From positions 47,726-111,725 of IMG/VR virus record IMGVR_UViG_2622736592_000004: a DNA stretch of 64,000 nt. The stretch is one strand, 5' to 3'. Origin of the DNA: a virus. Lineage: Duplodnaviria; Caudoviricetes. The notes beneath the pieces are model-generated. The model had not been told where the DNA came from. It did no database searches and worked only from the letters and a program-made list of their open reading frames with translations. Position numbers and translations under genes: made by a program. This document shows, in pieces, positions 27,547 to 36,660 of this stretch (position 1 is the first letter of the stretch; each line of letters opens with the position of its first letter).

Positions 27547-27953
27547 GGCTTCCACTCCGGGCGGTATCCGGGCTCTGCGTCATGCGCGGCGGCGAGCAGC
27601 CGCAACGTTGGACATGGGGCGTCAACCGACCGCACCCCGCCGTCCGCCCAGCAGTTGGTGCAGTAGCCGTGCTCACCGATCGGGTGGGCGGCGATGATGC
27701 GCCGGTCGATGGCGATTCGGTGCAGCACGTGCGCAGGATCGTTGCCGGCGATGTGTTCACCGTGTGCGTCTTCGAGGCCACCCCCATACGTTCCGGTGGC
27801 GATCGGCCCGGGATGCCGGGACGTGTCGCTGGGGTAGATGTTGCCGTCGCTGTAGCGCCAGGTGGGTCCGTGGTTGGCGGCGGCTTGGGCGCGCTGTTCG
27901 ATGCGGTCGAGTACCCCGCCGAGCCACACGGTCAGGTCGTCGGTCGCGGTCAT
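27543..27953 (-). CDS. DUF6221-like protein (copy 2)
   Basis: 'WLGGVLD...CTNC...PCPTLRLLAAAHDAEPGYRPEW'. Confidence 0.75.
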   Translation of the reverse strand: MTATDDLTVWLGGVLDRIEQRAQAAANHGPTWRYSDGNIYPSDTSRHPGPIATGTYGGGLEDAHGEHIAGNDPAHVLHRIAIDRRIIAAHPIGEHGYCTNCWADGGVRSVDAPCPTLRLLAAAHDAEPGYRPEWKP

Positions 27954-28144
27954 CTTCCGTCCATCCAGCGCATGAACCCGGCGATGCTGTAGAGCAGCGT
28001 GCCGCCGATTGCGGCCCCAATGATGGCCGGTGTGACGTCGAAGGCGACGCCGAAGAGCGCGATGGGCACGCTGGTGGCGGTGGCGAACATGGCGAGTTCC
28101 CCCGATGGGCTGATACGCGACTGGTTCGGGGTGGGGTGGGTCAT
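27950..28144 (-). CDS. Small membrane protein
   Basis: Two hydrophobic stretches; ATGA coupling on both sides. Confidence 0.6.
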   Translation of the reverse strand: MTHPTPNQSRISPSGELAMFATATSVPIALFGVAFDVTPAIIGAAIGGTLLYSIAGFMRWMDGR

Positions 28145-28485
28145 GGTCGCCACTCCTCTCGGTAGCCGGGACGGTCGGCGTACGGCAGGGCGAGCAGGCG
28201 CAGCGTGTCGCACGGCCCCGGATACGAGACACACGACCCGCACGATTCCGGTGCGCTCCGCAGGCCGGCGGCTGGGTGTAGGTCGATGATGCGCCGCTTG
28301 GCTTCCACCTCGGCGAGCGCGCGGGCCGGGCTCCAGCGGTGGACGTGCGCGCCGGCAGCCATGAGGTCGGTGTCCTCGGTCTCAGCCTCGATGTAGAACC
28401 CGCCCGGTGAGGCAATGAGCTGCCGCGCCACCCGCTCGTCGTCGTCGAGCTGGGCGGGCAGCCAGGTGATCAGGTTGTCGGTCAC
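28141..28485 (-). CDS. DUF6221-like protein (copy 1)
   Basis: 'WLPAQLDDDERVA...CGSC...PCDTLRLLALPYADRPGYREEW'. Confidence 0.8.
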   Translation of the reverse strand: MTDNLITWLPAQLDDDERVARQLIASPGGFYIEAETEDTDLMAAGAHVHRWSPARALAEVEAKRRIIDLHPAAGLRSAPESCGSCVSYPGPCDTLRLLALPYADRPGYREEWRP

Positions 28486-28964
28486 GGTCGCCATCCCGGC
28501 TCCCAGTTGTTGATAGAGAACTCCAGCATCGTCCTGACCACTTCGGACCTTGTCGTGTCGAGTTCGTCGGCAAGAGACTCCAGTTCATCCACCGACTCCT
28601 GCTCAAGGAGGAAGTTGACGGTGCGGGGCGTGTCCGGATCGGATGGGGTGGTTGGTGCAGGCGCGGCTCCTGCACCGTATCGCTGCCGGTTGTAGATGGG
28701 CTTCTCTGCCCGGATGGCTTCCTTCTCGGCAGCGAGCGCTTCGGCTCTGGTCGGGAACCATGTTCCTGTGAACGTTGTGGCTTGGTCGATCCACTCGGCG
28801 TAGGCGCGGTGCCCGCTTGCTCGATGCCCAGGATTGAACGTTACGCCGACGTATAGGAGACGCCCCTCCGCGTCGTAGTGTCGGTAGAGCGCCGTTCGCC
28901 TGTTGTTGATGTTGTAACTGGCCCCAGTGGGACCGAACGAACTGTAGGTCTTGGGGACGGTCAT
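28482..28964 (-). CDS. GIY-YIG nuclease fused to a CopG-like RHH domain
   Basis: 'ALYRHYD...LLYVGVT..P..R...H...E..AI..EKPIYN'; C-terminal 'TVNFLL...LADELDTTRSEVVR'. Confidence 0.8.
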   Translation of the reverse strand: MTVPKTYSSFGPTGASYNINNRRTALYRHYDAEGRLLYVGVTFNPGHRASGHRAYAEWIDQATTFTGTWFPTRAEALAAEKEAIRAEKPIYNRQRYGAGAAPAPTTPSDPDTPRTVNFLLEQESVDELESLADELDTTRSEVVRTMLEFSINNWEPGWRP

Positions 28965-29218
28965 GCGGCACTCCTAATGCGTAGCGCGTCAACAACAACG
29001 TTCCGCTTTGCTTTGATGCGTTCCGCCAACTTGTCGACTGTTTTTGCCTCGGGGTGCAGGTTTGTGCGTGCAGTTCTGATGGCCTCGTCGCGCACTTGCT
29101 GAGCTAGCTTGATGGTGGCTCGACCGTTCGTGATGAACTGCTGGCAGGCTGCCGCTCGTTCCACCGGATCGGCGACTCTTTCGAGTGCTGCGATCATGGC
29201 GTTTTCCCTGGTGGGCAT
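28961..29218 (-). CDS. Small helical, possibly HTH protein
   Basis: Leaderless ATG 6 nt after TATAAT; 'TVDKLAERIKAKRNVVVDAL'. Confidence 0.65.
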   Translation of the reverse strand: MPTRENAMIAALERVADPVERAAACQQFITNGRATIKLAQQVRDEAIRTARTNLHPEAKTVDKLAERIKAKRNVVVDALRIRSAA

Positions 29219-29262
29219 GGGTCTATTATATGTGTTGTGTGCAGCATGCCGCATGCGGTTTG
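29219..29262 (-). promoter_or_regulatory. Leaderless promoter of the moron-like cassette
   Basis: Perfect TATAAT (29230-29225); upstream tandem GCATGC palindromes. Confidence 0.65.
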
Positions 29263-29267
29263 CCTCA

Positions 29268-29570
29268 CTATTCGCGTTCGTTTTCCCAGTTTCGGGGCCG
29301 CATCCAGTACGACTCTTCGGTGTAGTCGAAGCGTTCCCAGCCGTCGCGTCCGGCGTGAATGTTGCGCACCCATCCGCCGCCGTCTGGGGGCACATCGGAG
29401 TGGTACCACGCTTTGCGCTGGCCTTCGGTGGTGGCGTACTCCCAGTCGGGGTGGCACATGTCGGCGTGCAGTTCGTTGTCGGGCCGCCTGCGCTGCTGGG
29501 CGCGGTAGACGGCCATGTCCTCGGCGTGTGTGCGCTTGCGGCAGAGGGCGTGGGGGATGGTGTCGTTCAC
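29268..29570 (-). CDS. Hypothetical protein
   Basis: GTGA-coupled, Trp-rich. Confidence 0.55.
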   Translation of the reverse strand: MNDTIPHALCRKRTHAEDMAVYRAQQRRRPDNELHADMCHPDWEYATTEGQRKAWYHSDVPPDGGGWVRNIHAGRDGWERFDYTEESYWMRPRNWENERE

Positions 29571-29782
29571 GGCTGGTCCTCGCTGGTGTTGTTGGCGGCG
29601 TCGAACAGGTCGGGTCCGTCCTGCTCCGGTGTGCGTGGTCGGGGGATGCGTGGTGGGAGGATGCCGCGCTGCCGGGCGCACGTTTCGCCTAGGCCGTCGT
29701 GCAGCACACCGGTGGGCACGGGTCGGTGGCAGCATCGGCATCGGGCGGGTGGGGGTACGCCCGGCAGCAGCGGCAGGGTCAT
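29567..29782 (-). CDS. Zn-finger protein (DUF6011-like)
   Basis: 'RCRCCHRPV...GLGETCA'. Confidence 0.55.
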   Translation of the reverse strand: MTLPLLPGVPPPARCRCCHRPVPTGVLHDGLGETCARQRGILPPRIPRPRTPEQDGPDLFDAANNTSEDQP

Positions 29783-30111
29783 CTGGCGGTCCGCTCCCGC
29801 AGCCGCGCGGCGGCCTCCCGACGGTTTCGCTGCTTGCGTTCCGCCTCAACGAGACACGGCCACACCACGTTCACGTACTCCCAGATGTACACGCCGAACC
29901 AGTGGGCGGCGTCGTCGTAGCCTTTGCGGCCGATCGACGCGTTGGGTGTCCACCCTTCGGCGATCTGCCGCAGCCAGTAGAAGCAGCGGGCCGACAGTTC
30001 GGGTGGGGGTTCAGACCAGTAGGCGTAGGGGTCGCGGACTGGGGGCGGCTTGGGTGTTTCGATCTCGACCCACGGTTCGCCGCCGCTGCCGGTTTTACCT
30101 GGCCTGCTCAT
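29779..30111 (-). CDS. Hypothetical protein
   Basis: ATGA-coupled chain. Confidence 0.55.
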   Translation of the reverse strand: MSRPGKTGSGGEPWVEIETPKPPPVRDPYAYWSEPPPELSARCFYWLRQIAEGWTPNASIGRKGYDDAAHWFGVYIWEYVNVVWPCLVEAERKQRNRREAAARLRERTAR

Positions 30112-30626
30112 CGACTCAGCTCGCGGGGAAGTCGCGGCGCTTGAGCTTCGGCCGGAGGGGCTGTGTTGGCCTGTGCCGGGTTGGGGGTGGGCTCGGGTGC
30201 CGGGATGCCCCGTTCGGCCGCCACGGGCGCGCTGAGTAGGCTGCGCAGCCGTTCCCCGTGGACGCCTCCCACCTCGTCGGCGTACTTGGCGACCCGCTCG
30301 ACCAATTCGGCTAGGACGGCGTTGTGGCGTTTGTTGCTGCGGGCGACGTCGCGGAGGGTGTCCCGGTCCCGGGTGACGGTGTCGAGGTCGCGGCGCAGCC
30401 TCATGTTGTCGGCGTACACGTCCAGGTCGACGCCGCCAGCGAGGAACCGCCGGTGCAGGTCGGCGATGTGTTCGGCGATCTCCCGGGACCACATCATGTC
30501 GGCGGCCATCACGCCCCCGCTGGCGGGGCTGCGTCCGTCGGTGGTGACAGCCCAGCCGCCGATCTCGTCGTTGGAGACAGCCGTCCAGGTGGCGGTGAGC
30601 ATGCGGGTGATGGTGGGGTCGGTCAC
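30108..30626 (-). CDS. Hypothetical coiled-coil protein
   Basis: GTGA-coupled chain. Confidence 0.55.
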   Translation of the reverse strand: MTDPTITRMLTATWTAVSNDEIGGWAVTTDGRSPASGGVMAADMMWSREIAEHIADLHRRFLAGGVDLDVYADNMRLRRDLDTVTRDRDTLRDVARSNKRHNAVLAELVERVAKYADEVGGVHGERLRSLLSAPVAAERGIPAPEPTPNPAQANTAPPAEAQAPRLPRELSR

Positions 30627-30997
30627 GGCGTCTCCGTCTCGCGCTCGATCTCGTGTTCGGGCACGCCGAGCAGCGCGGCAACGTCCCGGGCGGCTGCCTC
30701 GACGCCTCGAACGTAGAACTCGTGCACGGCAGCCTTGGCGTAGAGGCGCTGGTCGTCTCGGTTGGCGTTCCACCGCTCGTGCGCCTTGCGGAAGGCTGCG
30801 GTGGCCCGGTATTCGTCGGCGTGCCGCCGCAGATGCCAGTACAGGTGGGTGAGGGTGGCCGTGTAGGCGGCGTCGGCTGCCGCGCGGAAGCCTTCACCGG
30901 TGCCGAGCCCTTCGCGGTCAACGTAGGCGTCTCGGGTGGCGTCGTGTATCGCCTCGGGTGCGGTCGCGCGCAGCGGCGTGGTGGCGTTGCCGGTCAC
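30623..30997 (-). CDS. Hypothetical protein
   Basis: GTGA-coupled chain. Confidence 0.55.
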   Translation of the reverse strand: MTGNATTPLRATAPEAIHDATRDAYVDREGLGTGEGFRAAADAAYTATLTHLYWHLRRHADEYRATAAFRKAHERWNANRDDQRLYAKAAVHEFYVRGVEAAARDVAALLGVPEHEIERETETP

Positions 30998-31275
30998 AGC
31001 TCGCTCGCCTCTCGCAGCGCCTCCGCGAACGCCTCCCGGCTGTACGGCCACGGAATCAGCTTCGCGTTGAAGAACACCGTGTGCCCCTTGTTCTCCGCTC
31101 GCCTCCGGGTGGCCTCGCCGTCGAGGCCGTCGAGGAAGTCGACGAACTTTTCCGCATCCGCCTTGTCGAGGAACGGAACCAGCTCGTCGGGACCCTCAAT
31201 GTGAACGGCCCACAGGTCGGGAAGGTCGGGCATGCCGGGTAGGGGTGCGTCTTCGATGAGCGTCGTGGTGGTCAT
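30994..31275 (-). CDS. Hypothetical protein
   Basis: SD GAGGAGG; 'LWAVHIEGPDEL'. Confidence 0.6.
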   Translation of the reverse strand: MTTTTLIEDAPLPGMPDLPDLWAVHIEGPDELVPFLDKADAEKFVDFLDGLDGEATRRRAENKGHTVFFNAKLIPWPYSREAFAEALREASEL

Positions 31276-31286
31276 GGCGGGCCTCC

Positions 31287-31898
31287 TCAGGCTGGGATGA
31301 GTGGTTCGGGTGCGGTGGGATACAGCAGGCGTGCAAGCCCGGTACGGGACGGCAGGGTGACCGTGCGGGCCTCCGGGTTGATGTGGATGACGGGCAGGCC
31401 GGCGCGGTGGGCTTTGGTCAGCGCCGAGTGGGTGCCGCCGTCGAGCTTCGATGGGCACCACACCGCGACCACGGCGTTGGAGGCCGAGAGCATCCCGTCG
31501 TTGCGCTTGTGCAGCAGCCGCACCGCCACCCGCTTGCGGGCGTGCTCGGCCAGGCCGGCGAGGTCCCCGTACACCACCTCACGGTCCCGGTCAGCAAGAG
31601 CACGTAGCCGCTCCCACTCCGCGACCGCCGCCTCCGGCGCGTACCGCCGCCACCGGTCGGGCTGCTGCGGGAACGGGATGTGCGCCACGAATGGCACCCC
31701 GCCCCGGTGAAGCTTGTCGGCCCACCACATGTCCGCGCCCAACGCCATGCCGGTGATGCCCGTGGTCATGCCGCGCTCGTCGCGCAGCCAGGCGACACCT
31801 CGGCCGAGCTTGTCGCGCACCCAGCCGTGGGCGTCACGTGGAATGTCCTTCGGGCGGTGGCCGGTCACCATCACCGACGGCCACACCAGGGCGGTCAC
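31287..31898 (-). CDS. SLOG/YspA (DUF1273)-like protein
   Basis: 'VTGHRP', 'TGMALGAD', 'RNDGML', 'GGTHS' motifs. Confidence 0.8.
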   Translation of the reverse strand: MTALVWPSVMVTGHRPKDIPRDAHGWVRDKLGRGVAWLRDERGMTTGITGMALGADMWWADKLHRGGVPFVAHIPFPQQPDRWRRYAPEAAVAEWERLRALADRDREVVYGDLAGLAEHARKRVAVRLLHKRNDGMLSASNAVVAVWCPSKLDGGTHSALTKAHRAGLPVIHINPEARTVTLPSRTGLARLLYPTAPEPLIPA

Positions 31899-32938
31899 GG
31901 CAGGATCCCCCTCCGCCGCTGCTGCATCTCCCACAACAAGTCACCGGCGACCGGAGAAAGGGACGTGCCCCCACCCGACAAGTCACCGCCGATGCAGCCG
32001 CCACCACGGCCCCGGTAGCCGCAGTCGAAACCCGGCCGCGCGTACGCGCCCTCGTTGCCGGCCAACTCGACCCGATGCCAGCAGGGTGCCTCCTGCCGGT
32101 ACCCGGACGGCCCGTGCAGGCCAGTGCAGAAGGGCCCGGCCGAGCATTCGATCCGCTGGTCGGCGGGCATGCCGTGCTGCTCGTGGATGAACCTGACACC
32201 GGGGCATGAGGCGACACGGACAACGTCGGGGTTGTCGGCCAGCCGGCCGGCGCGCTCGTACTCTTCGGCCCCACCCCAACAGGCGGCGCGGCCGGCGTGG
32301 AACGTGGGCCCGGGAGCGCCCGGCACAAGCCGCGACTCCTCCGGGAACGTCACCGTCTTCTGCCGGGTGCTGATCGGCTCCAGGCAGTGGGCGCACACCC
32401 CCGGCTGGGCGGTCGCCATCAGCCGGTCCATCTTCCGCAACTGGTGTTGGGTGAGAACCGCCTGGTCGATCTCCTGACACGGCCACGGATGCCCGTGGCA
32501 CGAGCACGTTTGGTAGGGGTCCGGCAGGCGGTGCCACTGGTTGCGGTGCGGCCAAGACGTGAAGTGGATCTCGCGGGTGCCGTCGTGGAGCCGGATGAAC
32601 CCTCGTCCCTCGCCCGGTTTGATGATCAGCGGCCCGTTGTGGTGTCGCAGCACGAGGTGGAACGGCCGGTTGCGGGCGTAGGCGAGGTCGCGCTTCTCGC
32701 CGGTCAGGTGGGCGACGGACGCGTCGAGCTTCGCCCGCTGCTTGTCGGTCAGGTCGACGTCCGCGTAGGGGCGGGTTTCGTGGACGAGCCACGCCGCGTA
32801 CCGCCACGCCACCAAGTCGCCGACCTCAGGGCGGGTGCAGCCGTACGAGTCGCGGCGGTTGCTGCGCGCCGGGGCCCACTGGTCGGGGTCTTGCGCGCCG
32901 TTGTTGTGCAGTCCGGGCAGGGGCAGTTCCTCGGTCAC
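31895..32938 (-). CDS. Cys/His-rich hypothetical protein
   Basis: 347 aa with several Cys clusters; coupled. Confidence 0.65.
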   Translation of the reverse strand: MTEELPLPGLHNNGAQDPDQWAPARSNRRDSYGCTRPEVGDLVAWRYAAWLVHETRPYADVDLTDKQRAKLDASVAHLTGEKRDLAYARNRPFHLVLRHHNGPLIIKPGEGRGFIRLHDGTREIHFTSWPHRNQWHRLPDPYQTCSCHGHPWPCQEIDQAVLTQHQLRKMDRLMATAQPGVCAHCLEPISTRQKTVTFPEESRLVPGAPGPTFHAGRAACWGGAEEYERAGRLADNPDVVRVASCPGVRFIHEQHGMPADQRIECSAGPFCTGLHGPSGYRQEAPCWHRVELAGNEGAYARPGFDCGYRGRGGGCIGGDLSGGGTSLSPVAGDLLWEMQQRRRGILP

Positions 32939-33282
32939 GACGGCACCTCCCCGGCGTGCAGGTCCAGGGCGTAGCGGGCGGCCTCACCACGGCGCACCGC
33001 CCTCCCCAACACCTGCCGCACCGCCGCCAGCAGATCCGTGTATTCGGGGTCCGTGTCGTCGGTGGGCACGAGCAGCGACCCGCGCAGCTCAGCCGAACCG
33101 GGCCAACCCATCCGCACGTAGCCGCGACCGTGGCCGGCAGTCGTGAACCCGGCGGCAGTCAGGGCGGCCACCAGGCGGGTGCCCTCGTTCTCGCGGCCGG
33201 GACACTCGCGGCGGAGCACGGGCGGGTCCCCGTAGTGCTCGTGAGGGCCGTGCGGGCTGGTGTCGGTGCAGAACTCGGTCAC
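32935..33282 (-). CDS. Hypothetical protein
   Basis: GTGA-coupled chain. Confidence 0.55.
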   Translation of the reverse strand: MTEFCTDTSPHGPHEHYGDPPVLRRECPGRENEGTRLVAALTAAGFTTAGHGRGYVRMGWPGSAELRGSLLVPTDDTDPEYTDLLAAVRQVLGRAVRRGEAARYALDLHAGEVPS

Positions 33283-33482
33283 AACTCTGCCCCTTCTTGC
33301 GACTGCTCGGCGGCCGGCTTGTCGTAGCGGCACACCTCGGCAGTCGGCGCACCACGCCAGTACGTGCCCGACGCCGGACACAACTGGCAGGCCAGAATGT
33401 GACCGGCAACCCCCGGGCGGGTCGGAAATGCGCACGCCACCGGCGGGTTCCCGCTGGACTCGGACACGACTTCCACGCTCAT
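33279..33482 (-). CDS. Hypothetical protein
   Basis: ATGA-coupled; CxxC. Confidence 0.5.
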   Translation of the reverse strand: MSVEVVSESSGNPPVACAFPTRPGVAGHILACQLCPASGTYWRGAPTAEVCRYDKPAAEQSQEGAEL

Positions 33483-33679
33483 GCGGCAGCCTCCAAACGG
33501 ATGGTCTGGGCGGGGGTCAGCGGCGGGCAATCCGCCGGGTCGTGCCCGCACACACCGGGCACCAGGACGGTGATCCCGTCACGGGCAGCCGTCACACGGC
33601 CATCCGCGCGGAAGGTCACCTCGTAGTCGTTGCGGGCCAGGAAATCGGCCGCCATCCACACCCCACACGCGGTGGTCAC
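33479..33679 (-). CDS. Hypothetical protein
   Basis: GTGA-coupled. Confidence 0.5.
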   Translation of the reverse strand: MTTACGVWMAADFLARNDYEVTFRADGRVTAARDGITVLVPGVCGHDPADCPPLTPAQTIRLEAAA

Positions 33680-33846
33680 GGCACGTACCCCGGTTCTCCG
33701 GCGAGGCTGCCGTACGGGGCGTCGTCGAGTGACGGGCAGCGGCACGCCTCATGTCCGCAGCGGCGGCAGGAGTGCAGCTCGTCTCCTTCGAGGCGGCGCG
33801 GCTCCGGGCTGGCGGATGCGGCACGAGAGTGCCCTGTCGCGGTCAC
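33676..33846 (-). CDS. Small Cys-rich protein
   Basis: GTGA-coupled; 'CRRCGHEACRC'. Confidence 0.45.
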   Translation of the reverse strand: MTATGHSRAASASPEPRRLEGDELHSCRRCGHEACRCPSLDDAPYGSLAGEPGYVP

Positions 33847-34259
33847 GCCGCAGCCTCCGCCCCGGTCACCCGCTGCATGAAGTACACCCAGTCGGTGGCG
33901 TTGAACCAGTTCTTGCCGTACAGATGCGCCGTCCACCCCACCAGGTCGCGCAGCGTCTGACAACGAGTCAGGTCGATCGTGTAGCAGGTCACGCACGAGT
34001 GGCAGCAGGCGTTGCAGTCCACCCGCCAGTGCTCCCGTCGCGGTGCGAGAAGCATCTGCACCACCGAGACCCGCGCCAACCCGGGCCTGCCCTCGCCCCT
34101 GTTCCATTCGTCGATGCGGCGTTCCGTCTCCCGCACCTGCCTCAAGTCGATGTGGATGGCACCACCGCCGACGATCGGCTGCCGGCAGGTGTCGCAGGTC
34201 CAGTCCACGACCTCCGGGCTGATCGCCCGTTGCGGCAGACGCCTCACGTTGTCATTCAT
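33843..34259 (-). CDS. Zn-binding hypothetical protein
   Basis: 'WTCDTC...CNAC...WTAHLYGKNW'. Confidence 0.6.
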   Translation of the reverse strand: MNDNVRRLPQRAISPEVVDWTCDTCRQPIVGGGAIHIDLRQVRETERRIDEWNRGEGRPGLARVSVVQMLLAPRREHWRVDCNACCHSCVTCYTIDLTRCQTLRDLVGWTAHLYGKNWFNATDWVYFMQRVTGAEAAA

Positions 34260-35626
34260 CGGTAGTCGTCCTCCTCGTTGGTCCAGTCGGTGAAGCGCGC
34301 GAAGTGCAGTTGGGCGGCCACCGTCACCGTGTCCATGGGCCCATTCCGGTGCTTGGCGATGATGTAGTCGGCTTCGCCTGCCCGTTCGCATTCCGAGTCG
34401 TAGTAGTCGTCGCGGTGCAGCAGGATGACCACGTCGGCTTCCTGTTCGATCTCGCCGCTGTCGCGCATGTCAGACAGTTGGGGGCGCTTGTCGGAGCGCT
34501 TCTCGGCCTCACGGTTGAGCTGTGACGGCACGACCACCGCCGCACCCAGCTCCCCGCCGAGGGTTTTGAACTCCCGCGCCCACGAACCCACCTCAAGGTC
34601 CCGGCGGTCAAACTTCGCCGAAGACCGGATCCGTTGCAGGTAGTCGACGAACCAGATGGCCAGCGCACCCTGCCGCTGGTGGAAGCGGCGGGCAGACGCG
34701 CGGATCGCCTCGATGGTGCGGGACTGGTCGTCCAGGTGCAGCGGCCACCCGTCCACGATCTTCTTGGCCTCGCGTGCCCGGGTCAGGTCGTCTTCGGTGA
34801 GCCGACCCGTCGTGAACGCGTTCAGGTTGATCTCACCGACGCGGGACAGCAGCCGCCACCACAGTTCCCGCTTGCTCATCTCCAGGGTGTTCACCAGCAC
34901 CGGAAGGCCACGCCGGGCGGCGGCCACCGCAAATCCGAGGCCAGCAGTCGACTTGCCCATCCCAGGGCGACCGGCCGGAATGATGAGCTGGCCAGGCAGG
35001 AACCCGCCCAGCAGCTTGTCCAACTGACCCAGGCCCGTGGTGATCCCGTGCGGCACATCCCCGGCGGCCACCCGCTCCAGGTATGCCATCTCGTCGTCGG
35101 AGAATTCACTGACCCGCTCCACACCGTCGGCGAGCGTCAGACCGGAGGCGGCGTCGGCGAGGTCACGCTGCGCTGCGTCCACCACCGCGTCGACAGGCCG
35201 CGACAGGTCGCGGGTGTGGTAGGCCCCCCGCAGCAGCGACTCGTGGGCTTTGCGGCGACGCGACCAGTCCTTGACGATCCGCGCGTAGAACACCGGCGAG
35301 CCGGGGTTGCGCAGCACATCCTCGGTGAGCTTCGTCAGATAGGGCAGGCCCCCGCACCGTTCCAACTGCTTGCCCTCGTCAAGCACGCGGGCAACAGCGA
35401 TCGGTGAGGTGGGTTCCTCAGCGGACCATTGGCCGAGGATCGCGGTGAAGATGTCGTTGTGGATCGGCAGGAACATGTCGAGTTCGGTGACCACCTCCAC
35501 CACGTCGTCGCAGGCGCGGGGGTTCATCATCATCGCCCCGAGGACGGCCCGTTCGGCGGCGAGGTCCGCCATGTGCTGCTGCTGGGCTTCCGTGGTGGCG
35601 AGGTCGTCGGCTACGCGGCTAGGCAT
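34256..35626 (-). CDS. dnaB: Replicative DNA helicase
   Basis: 'GRPGMGKS', 'VDYLQ', 'SQLNR', 'RDSGEIEQEAD', 'KHRNG'. Confidence 0.95.
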   Translation of the reverse strand: MPSRVADDLATTEAQQQHMADLAAERAVLGAMMMNPRACDDVVEVVTELDMFLPIHNDIFTAILGQWSAEEPTSPIAVARVLDEGKQLERCGGLPYLTKLTEDVLRNPGSPVFYARIVKDWSRRRKAHESLLRGAYHTRDLSRPVDAVVDAAQRDLADAASGLTLADGVERVSEFSDDEMAYLERVAAGDVPHGITTGLGQLDKLLGGFLPGQLIIPAGRPGMGKSTAGLGFAVAAARRGLPVLVNTLEMSKRELWWRLLSRVGEINLNAFTTGRLTEDDLTRAREAKKIVDGWPLHLDDQSRTIEAIRASARRFHQRQGALAIWFVDYLQRIRSSAKFDRRDLEVGSWAREFKTLGGELGAAVVVPSQLNREAEKRSDKRPQLSDMRDSGEIEQEADVVILLHRDDYYDSECERAGEADYIIAKHRNGPMDTVTVAAQLHFARFTDWTNEEDDYR

Positions 35627-36629
35627 CGGCGGTCACCTCCTTCCGGGTTCCGTGTGCTTCGGCTCGGCACAGGCCGCATCTGCCGGCGCGTTGGCCGCGA
35701 TGCTTCGGGCAGATGTCTTGCCGGGGGATGCGGCGGGGGGCGTTGGACTCGGCCACCCCGGGCTGCCCCCGGTAGGGCGCGTTCATCGGCGGGTACAGGC
35801 CCGGAGGCGGGGCTTCGTCTCGCCACAGTTCCCCGTTCAGCCAGCCGTCGGGGTGCTTGACGTACCGGTACTCAATGCGTTCCCGCTTCACGCGCTCCGC
35901 GTATCGCTGGGCACCGAGGATGATCTCTTCGGGGTCGTGCTTCTGCTTGATCGCCGACGCCCAACGGAGCCGAGCCGTCTTCTTGGACGTCTTCTTCGGG
36001 TACGCCGCCCAGAACCTGGCCCAGTTCGGGTCGTCGTCTGAGCCGGGCTTGGGAGTGGATGGCTTGGGTGGTTCCTCGAACAGGCCGTTCGAGGAAGATG
36101 GTTCTTTAAGGTCGGGTCGGGTCGGGTCGGGGTTAGGCGCACTTCCCGCGAAGTTCTCGTGCACGTTCGCGCGAACATCTTGCGAACCTGCGTTGCGGTG
36201 TTCGCGGACCCGCCGCATTCGCTCACGCGCGGCTTCCCGCTTCACAAGCACCGACTCAGCCGACGGCTGATGCTCGCCCCACTGATGAAACCGCCAGCCC
36301 TTGTCGCCGCCCTGCTCGTCCTCCACCCACAAGCCGGCGCGAACCAATGCGGCGGCGTGTTCCCGATAGTCGGTGTCGAGGCGGGCAGCGATGTAGTCAG
36401 GCACCCACCCGTCGGTGAGCTGGTTGGACGACCAGGATCCTGCGAGCGCCCACAGGCCCATCGCGGGGACTCCTGCGCGAACGGCCTTCATGTGGGCGTG
36501 GAGCCCGTCATCAACCCTGAACCAGGTCATCAGCGTCGTGTCTTCCGTGTAGAGAGGTTCGAGCCCGGGGAAGGGCGGAGTGCGCGCCGGGGCGTCTAAC
36601 GTGGCCGCCCCGGCACCGAAGTTCGTCAC
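35619..36629 (-). CDS. Phage replication initiator
   Basis: 'WFRVDD..H.H.K...AMGLW...TDGWVP', PDPTRPD linker, 'FWAAYPKK...WLN' C-terminal domain; upstream of dnaB; alternative start 36530. Confidence 0.8.
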   Translation of the reverse strand: MTNFGAGAATLDAPARTPPFPGLEPLYTEDTTLMTWFRVDDGLHAHMKAVRAGVPAMGLWALAGSWSSNQLTDGWVPDYIAARLDTDYREHAAALVRAGLWVEDEQGGDKGWRFHQWGEHQPSAESVLVKREAARERMRRVREHRNAGSQDVRANVHENFAGSAPNPDPTRPDLKEPSSSNGLFEEPPKPSTPKPGSDDDPNWARFWAAYPKKTSKKTARLRWASAIKQKHDPEEIILGAQRYAERVKRERIEYRYVKHPDGWLNGELWRDEAPPPGLYPPMNAPYRGQPGVAESNAPRRIPRQDICPKHRGQRAGRCGLCRAEAHGTRKEVTADA

Positions 36630-36660
36630 CGCGCGGTTACATCGACGCCCAGGCGTGGGC

